Positions 26,670-37,629 of a stretch of 64,000 bases of DNA are shown here, piece after piece. Position numbers and translations under genes: made by a program. Position 1 is the first letter of the stretch. Each line of letters opens with the position of its first letter. Origin of the DNA: Basidiobolus meristosporus CBS 931.73 (Eukaryota > Fungi > Basidiobolomycota). The notes below the pieces were generated by a model, which did no database searches, was not told the origin of the DNA, and worked only from the letters and a program-made list of their open reading frames with translations. The stretch is taken from the NCBI GenBank assembly GCA_002104905.1, contig MCFE01000385.1, forward strand, positions 19,470 through 83,469. The letters are read 5' to 3'.

Positions 26670-29600
26670 ATGAGTAGTCCTTGCAAGCCAGATGAGGTTG
26701 AGGATAACGAGATATCTGACCCCGAAACCACTGAGGAGTCGAGTCTTTTGACCAGTTCAAGACCACAATCTCCCCCTATTCCAATTCCTAGAACGTCTTA
26801 CAAAACAAACGAACATGACCCCTCTTCAAGCTCACCTGGACAGCGTGAGGCACTTTCTTCGTATAGGACCCCAATCCTAGCCACTATTCATGAGACACTT
26901 CAGCCTGCCGCTGAACGAGAAGGTCTTTACGAGCCTTCCTCATATAACACTGGAAGGTTTTCCAAAGCCAGCTATTCCCAGAATTCTTCAAACCGCAACT
27001 CTATGGCCCGCAATTCACCCAGTACGCAACCTATCAATACTTGGGACCAGTACCAGGAATGGCTTTCGAAGTCATACACTATGCGGCGTCGACCTCGTCG
27101 TTCAGCTCCTGAACCTTCAACCACCCCTAACTTTTCTCCTACCCTTCCTCAAAGAAATCCCACGTACGACCAAACCATACAAAGAGCAAAGCCATCTGTC
27201 CGCTCAAGCCTATTGGGAAAGGCTCCAGCAACTGGTAGCATCCTAGACTATTTTGCACAACGAAGGGAATCCTCCATTCCTACATCGCCCACTGTCGACG
27301 ATGTTCGTAGCGAGTTCGAAGTGACCCTTGACAATGGCACAACCAAGAAACAAACGGTTTCCATGACCACCACTGTCGATGGCTATAGGTGAGCTCATTT
27401 TATCGTTAACAATATACGCGGCCCTTCTAATCCCCACCTTTCTATCACTGCAGAATGTCGCAGCACTCGCAAGAAGCTGAGCATTTGCTCCCAGACGATA
27501 GCTCCAGCGACGAGGTGTACTCTGATGATGAATACGACTACAGCAAGCAGGGGCTGTGGCAATCAATCAAGGCGTTCTTCAAGCCAGTAGTGAGTCTCTT
27601 CTCACTCACTCCGAAGAATAAGAACGTTCTGAAGGCTTCTATTGCCTATTTTCTAGCGACATTGTTCACATTTGTACCATTCTTGAGAGACCTCTTGGGC
27701 GACACATCAACTCATCTTGCTGCTACGGCGATCATCTTCTTCAACCCAGCTCGTAGATTAGGCGCATTTATAGAGGGTTGTCTGTATGGTATTATCGGGC
27801 TCGCTATCGGCGGATTGATAGCGTGGGGTAGCTGCGAAAGTGCGTCGATCTTGAATGGCTATGAACATCACATAGCAAGTAGGATCGTTAGCATCATCGT
27901 ATTTTGCGGCGGTGGAACGTTTGTTATTGCGTTCTTGAAAGCGAAGTTTGGCAAGCCTACCGTCAACACCGGGGCATCCATAGCTTACATCACACTCTAT
28001 GCGGTGCTTATCAAGCAAACAAGCGTTCTAAATATCGAATTCACAAGCACTGTACTTGAAAACATCATCCGATCGCTATTCACTGGATTATGTGTAAGCC
28101 TGGTGATTGCGTTCACCATCTGGCCTATAAGCGGTGGTGACAGCCTAAGGTAAACAGCCAACATTAGGTTGGATTGATGCAGAAATTCTGACCCATTTGC
28201 CCATCAGAGCCAACATCGCAGTCTCCATGAGCTCATTCCGACTCCTGCTGAAGAACATCACGAAGACTTTTTTGCTAGACCCCAATCTTGACGATAATAT
28301 CGATATCCAAGCTGCCATGCAGGCTCACCGACAGTCCTTTGCCGCACTCAAGACATCCCTAAGTGAAGCGCACCTTGAGTTCTTCAACTGGAAGGTGAAG
28401 CCCCTTCATGACAATGCAACATGGTTCCATTTTTGACTCATCAAATGTTCCAGGTTTTTTATCACCTTGATCGGTATAATTCCGTAGTCAAGAGTCTTAA
28501 CAGACTCTCGCAGCACCTCAGCAGTATGAGCAGTGGGATTGCGATGCAGGAGGGGATCGTTAAACGTGTTAAGACTAGGCTGAGTTCGTTCTGGCCATCG
28601 GTCATGAGCTCGAGTAGTTTTGACGGGTTGGACATTGAAAGCCCCCTGAGCCCAGAGCAAGAAACCACGTTGGCCGAATTTATTAGATTTGTTGGGCCGC
28701 CGCTTCGCTCTTTGGCCTACGCAGCCAAGCAGACTATCATCGAGATACAGGCTACATTTAGCAACGCCAATAAGATGAACTTCATTGATGACGGAACACT
28801 TGCTGGGGCTGTAGACTTTGCTCTTTTGCAGCAGAACCTCCATCATGCACTAAAGATCTTCGAGGAATCCCAAACCCAGGCCGTTGCACAGCTCTACCAG
28901 CATCGAGGCACCGATGGGAAGCCCAACGAAAACGTGTTCATCGTGTACTTTTTTGTTTTCAGTTTACAAGAGTTTACCAAGGAGCTCATCCATCTTGTCG
29001 GAGCAGTTCGAGAGCTGGAAGAAGAGCAACGCGAAGCAGAGATCGACAAGAAGAAGTACGGAAAGATCTCGTGGTGGATTCGCAGGATGTGGAAGAAGAT
29101 CCAGCGTCGGCGTATTAGATCCAGTAAGTGAACCCGCCTGTGAACCTCTCCCTGATTGATATATTCATTTTGGCAAACAGGGAAACCCAAGGCACCTGTC
29201 CCCTCGATCATACCCGAGTTTTCTGACGCATTGGGACAGCATGATCGGCCACCAACGGAATTCCGTCACAAGCTAACCACCCAAGTGTGGTCGTTCCTGT
29301 CTTGGTTCCGACAGTTTGAGGTGAAATTCGCCATCAAGACCGCAGTATTTGCGATGATACTCTCTATTCCTGCTTTCGTTGACGACTGGAGGCCTGTGTT
29401 TCGTGCCTATCGTGGAGAATGGGCCTTAATCTCGGTAAGTCAGCCTTGTACATATCCGACAATCCGTGGCGAATCTAATCAAGAGGTGTAGATGGCGGTA
29501 ATCCTGGTCCCTACTGTTGGTGCTTCCAATGTTGTCGGAGTGTACAGAGTTCTGTGTAACTTCTTGGGTGGTTTCCTAGCTGGCGTGTTTTACTACATGT

Positions 29601-30744
29601 TTTCTGAAACCACTTTCTTGCTCCCAGCCATGGTTTTCTTGATATCTATCCCATGCTGGCACTTATTCCTAAACTCGAACTACCCACGTGTGGGCCAGTT
29701 TACTCTGCTCACGTTTAACGTCATCCTTTTGAACAAGATCATCACCCAGGACGACGATGATGTGGATATCTTTGTCCTGGCGTTCCATCGTGCCATCGCA
29801 GTGTCTGTTGGTGTAGCAGTGGGGCTCTTGGTTACTAGGTAAGCCGCGCAATGTACAGACAATGTTGCCATCCTCTCACACTCCTGTTTACCATCAGCTA
29901 TGTTTGGCCGTACGAAGCACGAGTGGAGCTGAGAAAGGGGCTGAGCGACTTCTTCAGAGATACCAGCAAGCTCTACCACAAGCTCATCGCAGTCTATTCG
30001 TCACCCATCCCCATCGATCCATCCACCCAAAACTCTGATACCTATTCTATATCGTGCCGCTCCCTTACCATCAACGACTTCGAGAACTTTGATGAGGACG
30101 AAGAGCACGATGAGGACTCTCGGTTGCTGAATTCGATGCAGGCCAAGCAAAACAATGAAATCTTGGAGAACAGTCGCCGAGAGTTTATGGATCTGGAACT
30201 GTCGCTGCAAATCAGCCTGCTCAACCTACAGGACCTTCTGTCACAAACGCCTAACGAGCCACGCTTGAAAGGGCCATTCCCGCAAGGTACCTATGCGTTG
30301 ATATTGGCCTCCTGCCAGACGATTTTGGATCGCTTGCTTGCTCTTAGAATTGCGGTGACCAAGAAAGAATGGTTCCTCCTGGTCCAGGAAGACTTCCTGT
30401 TCCCCACCAACCGTGAAAGACGGCACATGGCCGGCAGTATTCTACTCTACTTCTATATAATCTCCTCTGCCTTCAAGCTCAAGACCGCCCTTCCCCCTTA
30501 TCTTCCGCCAGCTGCCAAGGCGCATCAGGTACTGGTTGAGAAGATCCGAGAGCTCGATGTCGTGAAATCATCCAAACTCCCTGATGAGGCAGGTAACAAG
30601 GTCTATTATGTATATTACTATGCCTATGTGGTTAGCATCGAGGAGGTTATCCGGGAACTAGACAGAATCAGCGGCTACATGTATTTGCTATTCGGGTGTG
30701 AGGGAGGCACTGCCTTCCAGCACTATTTCCAGGTTCAACCTTAA
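26670..30744 (+). CDS. FUSC / aromatic-acid-exporter family membrane transporter (YGL140C/BRE4-like), multi-exon
   Basis: Ordered exons with LKASIAYFLATLFTF, FFNPARRLGAFIEG, KFAIKTAV..ILSIPAF..YRGEWALIS, PTVGASN..RVLCNFLGG, YPRVGQFTLLTFN and YVWPYEARVELRKGLS. GT-AG introns, e.g. 27389-27453. Confidence 0.88.
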
Positions 30745-31805
30745 ATCAGAGCAGTATCCCACTTATCTCCATTAATATCCATTGATTATCCCAAAAATCC
30801 CCACACGTCAATATCGAGGACTTGAAATATAATGACTGTTGTAATACGATTTCCCACCACAAATTCCCACCTTGATTTGTCGATGGACTAGGTGCCAGTT
30901 TTCAATTGATTCCATGTGTGTCAACGAGTTGTCCGGAAGTAGTACAGCTCGCATTCCTCAGATCTGGTGCCACCAATATGGAGAACAGCCGAGAATCAGG
31001 CCTTTCATGGCCTCAAACTGGATGAGTAAGACTCGAGCCAATGAACTTGATAGGATACATAGATCGATCCAGACCACAAAATACCTGATACAACCGTCAT
31101 ACACCCAAGTGATTTCTGAGATTGGTTTCGTGGTTTTATCATGGGAAGAATTGAAGGGTTCCACCGAGGCCTTGCTGATCTAAAATGCCCACCGTGACGT
31201 GCTGTCCAGCGGTGACGAATTAGGCAACCGGCGCATCGAATCACGTGCGGTCTCCGTTCAGTTACCAATCAACAGATGCAGAGTCCACTGCGATCTACCT
31301 CCAACGTAATTCACCGGGAGAGCCAAGCTGCTCTCGATTGTGCATTGCTGGTGTTGCAACCCAGCTGAATATCACAGCATTTGCGGGTCATATGAACATT
31401 GACTTGGATTCTCTACTTGAAAGCAATCGCCAATGGACGGGCCATATTACTGATGACAACGCCGATTCCATTCCAATGCCAGGCTCACATGTCAACGCAA
31501 ATTCTCGAGAACATGTATAACGATGTCCCCTGCTTAAAGGGTGAGACTTTAGGTTACCTGATCAATCACAAATAACAGCTCAGATACTCAGGAATCCGGC
31601 ACGCTCGGCCATAGGTATTCAACCGAATATAAGCAGTCCGTCCACCCCACACCATTACCATAACACACTTGTAATCCAGCTCCGCACATAGGATTACGTA
31701 CATCCAATCCACTTCCCTCTTTCCATTCACCAGAGGTAAACCTTCATCATGCTTCCACTGCGCTCGGCTGTAGGCTAACCCATTTTCACCCGCAGCCTAC
31801 CCATC

Positions 31806-33764
31806 ATGCAAAACAAAGTCATTGTCGTCGGAGGAGGTCTATCAGGACTTTCAGCCGCCCACACCGTCTACGAGGCTGGCGGCAATGTGATGGTGATTGA
31901 CAAAAGCTCCTTCTTTGGTGGCAACTCCACCAAAGCCACCTCAGGCATCAACGGAGCCCTAACCAAAACCCAAAAAGAACTCGGAATCAAGGTGTGCCAG
32001 CCTATCTTCTCTCCCCCATATTAGTTGATGCTAATCCAGTTCAACTGTCTGCAGGATAGTGTTCAGGCGTTCTACGACGACACGGCCAAGTCGGCCAGAG
32101 ATCTGATTCGCCCTGAGCTTGTCAAAGTTCTGACTGGCAATAGTGCATCGGCGGTTGAATGGCTTCAATCTCGCTTTAACTTGGACCTCTCCTTGGTCGC
32201 TCGTCTTGGTGGGCATTCCTTCCCACGTACCCACAGAGGCAAGGAACGCTTCCCGGGTATGACCATCACTTACGCATTGATGGAGAAGTTGGAGGAGCTT
32301 GCCCGTCAAGAGCCACACCGCGTCCAATGCGTCACCAAGGCTCAAGTCACACGTCTTCTCAAAGACGACAAGGGGAATGTGACGGGAGTCGAGTACAAAA
32401 ACAAATCCGGTGAAACGTTCTGCGAGTACGGGCCAGTCGTTCTTGCCACTGGCGGTTACGCGGCTGATTTCACACAGAACTCGTTGATCAAGAAGTATCG
32501 CCCAGAATTCATCGACCTCCCAACCACCAATGGCGAGTACTCCACTGGTGATGGCCATAAGATGGTCATGGATATCGGTGGAAACACCGTCGATCTGGAA
32601 AAGATCCAGGTCCACCCCACCGGTCTGGTCGACCCCAAGGAGCCAGATGCCAAAGTGAAGTTCCTGGCTGCCGAGGCCCTTCGCGGTGTTGGTGGCATTC
32701 TGGTCAATGCCGAGGGCAAGCGTTTCTGCGACGAGCTTGGACATCGGGATTACGTTACCGGGGAGATGTGGAAATCGAAGTTCCCCATTCGACTGGTTCT
32801 CAATCAAGCAGCCTCCAAGGAAATCGAGTGGCACTGCAAGCATTACGTCGGTCGCGGGCTGATGAAGAAGTTCAAGAACGGCCAGGAGTTGGCCCGGGAG
32901 ATTGGCTGTTCCCCCGAGGCCCTGGCCCAAACCTTCAGCGACTACAATGGGTTCGCCAAGAATAAGAACGATCCCTACGGCAAGAAGTTCTTCCACAACG
33001 TGCCAATCGATATGAACGAAGAGTTCCATGTGGCCTTGATGACCCCAGTACTTCATTACACAATGGGCGGGGTTGAGATAGATCCCGAATCCAGCGTTAA
33101 AGGTCCCCAGGGCAAAATCCCTGGACTGTTCGCATGCGGTGAGTTGGCTGGTGGTGTGCATGGTGCCAATCGTCTGGGCGGCAGCTCGCTTCTGGGATGC
33201 GTTGTGTTTGGACGAGTTGCTGGAAATAGTGCTGCGAGCTATCTCTCGAACAACCCACATGGCAACGAGCTTGCAACTAGACGCTTGATAAACATTGCTG
33301 GCCATTTGGGAACTCAAATTGCCATCAACCTGGTTCCTGAACAAAACCGTCTCCAGCTAGACATTACCTGGAACGGCCAAGGCTTGGATGCTGCGCAAAC
33401 TAGCTCTCCCTCTCCCTCTCCCTCTCCCTCTCCCTCTCACTCATCACCCGCCAGTGAACCTCCTGCTACCCAAGCTAGTAAGCAGCCGGAGCCGAAGGAG
33501 AAGGTGTACAAGATGGAGGATGTAGCGAAACATAATTCCAAAGACGACTGCTGGGTTGTAGTGAATGGGCAAGTCCTAGATGTCACCAACTTCTTGGCTG
33601 ATCACCCTGGAGGCGCCAAAGCAATCCTTCTGTTCGCCGGAAGAGATGCAACTGAGGAATTCAACATGCTTCATAAGCCGGACGTTGTCGAGAAGTATTC
33701 TCCCGAGAGCATTATTGGTGTGTTGGCTGGTGACTCCGACGAGGCGAGAAAGAGCAAGCAGTAG
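31806..33764 (+). CDS. OSM1: Soluble FAD-dependent fumarate reductase (Osm1/Frd1 type) with C-terminal cytochrome b5 domain
   Basis: VIVVGGGLSGLSAA, GGNSTKATSGINGA, LGGHSFPRTH, IQVHPTG, FLAAEALRG, LHYTMGG and GELAGGVHGANRLGGSSL. The C-terminus carries HNSKDDCWVVVNGQVLDVT.FLADHPGG (b5). Intron 31992-32054. Confidence 0.95.
33405..33440 (+). repeat. (TCTCCC)5-6 coding microsatellite encoding a Ser-Pro linker
   Basis: Five perfect units plus one imperfect unit, lying between the flavoprotein and b5 domains. Confidence 0.9.
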
Positions 33765-33799
33765 CAGTGGTAATTCCTCATCAAACCCAACCTAATCTG

Positions 33800-34750
33800 T
33801 ACCATTCTCATTGGCAATCTAAACAATAAATCGTCCAAGACCGACATTCCCTGCCTTTTCATATGCTCGCAATCGTACGAGATCCTCAGTTCCGCCAAAC
33901 ACTGGCCTCGAGATACCAGCATGGCCATTCACCAAATCTCGATGTAGACGTCCTTAGCGCCGCAAGTTCCAACGCGACTGGTGAGTCGTGTAAAGAACCA
34001 ATTCTGAAGTTAACATACCAAAGTATTTGTATGTACCAACAGCATAACGAGCCCATAGAGATTATGAAAGAGCCTAGCTCCCTGGAGTACTCCTTCTTGC
34101 AAAGTATGGATTGCGTATATAGCAATGGTATCATCGCATTGTGGGATTGGGGTCGATTGACTTCGAATTTATTTCGGACCACATTCAACAAAATACCAGT
34201 TGTATCCATAATTACAATGATCATCATCCATACTAACACAACTGCATCAACTCTGTAAGGTGAAACCCAAAAATATTTGTATACAACATATTTCCATATA
34301 GCCAACAACATTCCTCTTGCCATTCAATTCCCATATCCTGGTCCTCTTGTACTATCTGTATTGTAAAGTTGACTTCACACTCTGTTCAAGTAGTGTCTGT
34401 CACATATAACTGGATTATGATTTGAATTCCACAAAACTACAGCTTTTGGTGGATTTGTATTTTAGAATCTTTTAATATCATTTCCATCAAGATTTAATCT
34501 CTCTACATTATGTAAACACTGGAAGCTACCAAACTTCAACATTCCAAAGGTCTTAATTATTGCACACAACTCCCTGGACACTCTCGAAATTCCAGATGGT
34601 TATTCTTGAATGTAAGCATTTTCTCATAGCCCAATATGATGACAAGCAAATCCTTCATTTGGTTGAGCATTTGGATGACTTCAAAGGTTTTCTCCAAAAT
34701 GTTGGATACCCAGTGTTGCATGAATTTTGAAGAAACTGGACATGATTAGA
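33800..34750 (-). pseudogene. Possible decayed gene remnant at the edge of the repeat block
   Basis: Stop-interrupted frames with protein-like segments (HLEFRECPGSC, LAELRISYDCEH..VLDDLLFRLP). CpG disappears across the interval. Family not identified. Confidence 0.25.
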
Positions 34751-35132
34751 CAAAATTGAAAACATTGTGGCATGGCAAGACATGTGTGTACCCCATGAAA
34801 AATCTCAAACTTGGAACTCATTGAATTACTAACTGGTATTCTAGTGGTTTTTGCTGGTATTCAGTTGGTGTTTCTGCATCCAACTTTCAGTTGCACCTTT
34901 TGGAGGAAGCTATGAGTAAACAATTGCCAATTTGGTATGACTGCTAGTTGGCCTAGTCTCCATCTGAAAAGGATGTCTGCTAGTCTGCTGTCAACCAAGT
35001 ACCTGAGATAATGAGAGTTGCCACTTTTGGGAAAGTTGGAATTTAGCTGATATTTATTGTAAAAAATTGCAATTTCACCTAGATATTCATCTGACTTGGT
35101 CACTTAGATCACTATCTACAAGTCTTAGAGAA

Positions 35133-35480
35133 TATTGTAAGAGTCTTCAAGATATGCAAGCAATTGCAAGAACAAATAGATTATGTGGGTTGCACTTTAT
35201 GATTTATTGAATGTAAGGGTAGTATTCATACTTTTACATAATGTTGGCATAGCAGACATGTACAGTATGCTTAGAAAGCTCCAAAGATCATATGTGCAAA
35301 GTTTGGGGCTATTTCAACAACTTTGGGAATCTTCATGTTCTGTGTACCTGATGTTTTGGTGAAAATAATCTAAGTAAATCCCAACAAGGAATTTGGTCAT
35401 TAATAACTAAAGTTTGTAGGTAATGACAATGTGACTAAGATAGGTAAGTATTTTGGTGGAATTATGAATTTTTTGCAACA
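35133..35480 (-). mobile_element. Solo Copia LTR inserted antisense into the 5' LTR of copy C
   Basis: Homologous to the 350-bp LTR, ends TATTGTAA...TTGCAACA. Flanked by GAGAA/GAAAA (5-bp TSD, one mismatch). Removing it restores the host LTR sequence TAGAGAATACTGACC. Confidence 0.85.
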
Positions 35481-36755
35481 GAAAATACTGACCAAATTTC
35501 TTGACAGGATTTAATAGGACATTTTCACCAAAATATCAGGTACCCCATACATGAGAATTCTCAAAGTAGCTCAAACAGCCCCAAATCTTGCACAAATGCT
35601 CATGGGACACCACTAAACATATAATACATAATGATATGCTAGCTTCACTTGCTATATCACCAAGACTCCTACAACAGCTAATGAGCCCCAAGCTGTCACT
35701 CTCAGAAATATCAGCTACTGCTACTACTGGAATATATATCTCTGCTGTGAAGGTGGATGGATCCAACTACCAAGTCAGGAAGGCAAGGATGGAAATGCTG
35801 CTACAGGAAAGTGACCTCTGGGATATTGTGATGGGAGAGCAATGTCATCCTATAAATGTAGGAGAGGAGCCTCAAGGTGCCAGAAGAAAGAACAAAGTGC
35901 CTTCAACTGCATTTGCCTCAAAGTCAACAAGAAGTTGCCAATTCAATGCTCAAGAGAAAAAATAGCCAAGAATACCTGGAAGACACTAGAATATACCTAT
36001 TAGCCATGTTCCACTGCTAAGAAATGTCTTTAAGAAAAGGATTCTCTACTACAAAGATACTGTCAGGAGAACAAATGAAAAATCTAATTAACAGATTTAC
36101 CCTGATGGTTGATGAGATGGAATAAATGGGTGTACCAAATGCCAATGAATATGTGATAGTTACAATCCTGAATAGCCCAAGAACCAAACTTCAGGGCCAT
36201 GTACCAGCCCTAGAGTCTAGAACCATAGATATGACCTTAAATTACATATATGGAAGGCTCCTAATTGAAAAATCAAGAAAATCAAGCATCAATAAGAAGG
36301 AAGAAGAAAATACTTTGACCAACATTGATAACCAACAACAGGGGTACTCAAGGCCTTTTAAAGGCAACTGTAACATCTTGTGCAGCTACTACAGAATGAA
36401 AGGACATGCCCAGACCAGAACTTCAGAAAGAGAGATAACCAGCAGAAAATGCTTAAATATGGAAATGTAGCACTAACAGAAGATAGATTACTCATATCTG
36501 TACTAAATATCATCAGAGACAAGGATTCTCTGAAATGGTACATTGACTCTGGAGCATCTTGACAATTTACACACCAAAAAGTACTTTTCACCCAATATCA
36601 AGAAACTTTAATCAAGAAGGCTTTCACAAGTGACAATAGAACACTTGAAGCAGTTGGAGAGGAAACTATCCAAATTAACCTATGCATAGTTGCTGCTACT
36701 TTTGCCATGAACACATCCTTAATATCCACATTAAGCTTTTTGGTACTTGGGCAAT

Positions 36756-37135
36756 AGACTTGTTCCATTGGATTGTTCCACATTGAGCCATGGGTGCCAA
36801 GTAGTGTCAAAGTGTGCCAGAGAGGTATAACAGACCTATACTTGTTCACAGAATGTAAAGAATGGCACTACAGCTACATGCAAAGCAGCTGCTGTGCTTC
36901 ACTTGCTGAGCTAGAGAAAATACACTATTTAACCTTTTTTCTGGGTGTAATGATGTGCATGATGTGTAAGGGCACACAAAGCTTAGAGATATGCATTTGG
37001 TACTCAATATCCATGGCACTCTAAGTATAGCTGCTGAGACTCGTAACATTTCACAAAGATGTAGAGCACTATCTTGATCCACAAGTGTTTTCTATCACTA
37101 TAAGTGATCTGTATCAGTTTTGCTTTACAAATCAT
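36756..37135. mobile_element. Single-arm, diverged copy of the foldback element
   Basis: Starts AAT|AGACTTGTTCCATTGG and is colinear with 52449-52835. Confidence 0.75.
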
Positions 37136-37618
37136 ACTTAGCCTCAGAGGTGACAGTTCTGGATGTGGGATCACTGATCAAAATAGTGCCCATATTACTT
37201 TGGGTATTAAAGATCAGAATCTATAAAAGTTGACTTATATTCTATTATATCTGGAAGTCCGTTTATGTTGTTGTAAGAGTCTTGGAGATATTGGAAGTGA
37301 TTTGGAGAACAAGTAGATTATGTGGTTTTCACTTAATGATTTATTGAATGTAAAAGTAGTATTTATACTTTTACATGGTCTTGGCATTACAAACACGTAG
37401 AATAGATTAAGGAAGGTCCCAAGAACATGTGTGCAAAGTTTGGGGCTGTTTGGACAACTTTGAGAATTTTCATGTTCTGGGTACCTGGTATTTTGGTGAA
37501 AATATTCTAAGTAAATCCCGACAAGGAATTTGGTCAGTATTCTCTAGGATTTGAAGATGATGATCTAAGTGACTAAGTTAGGTGAATATTTAGGTGGAAA
37601 ATACGAATTTTTACAACA

Positions 37619-37629
37619 CTCCCACTCAG
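37619..37629 (-). promoter_or_regulatory. Polypurine tract of Copia A
   Basis: CTGAGTGGGAG between the gag-pol stop codon and the 3' LTR. The same sequence occurs in copy B at 45319-45329. Confidence 0.85.

Noticed and set aside
31392-31520. MNIDLDSLLESNRQW resembling a beta-carbonic anhydrase N-terminus
   Set aside because: The ORF ends after 42 codons and the catalytic CSDSR and HxxC motifs are absent.
32031-33344. 437-aa antisense ORF over OSM1
   Set aside because: It mirrors a codon-biased, GC-rich gene and has no protein motifs. The same applies to the antisense ORFs 17620-18270, 5087-5461, 6358-6723 and 28406-28846.
31806-33764. Recent bacterial horizontal transfer of the flavocytochrome
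   Set aside because: It has a spliceosomal intron and the fungal Osm1-plus-b5 architecture.
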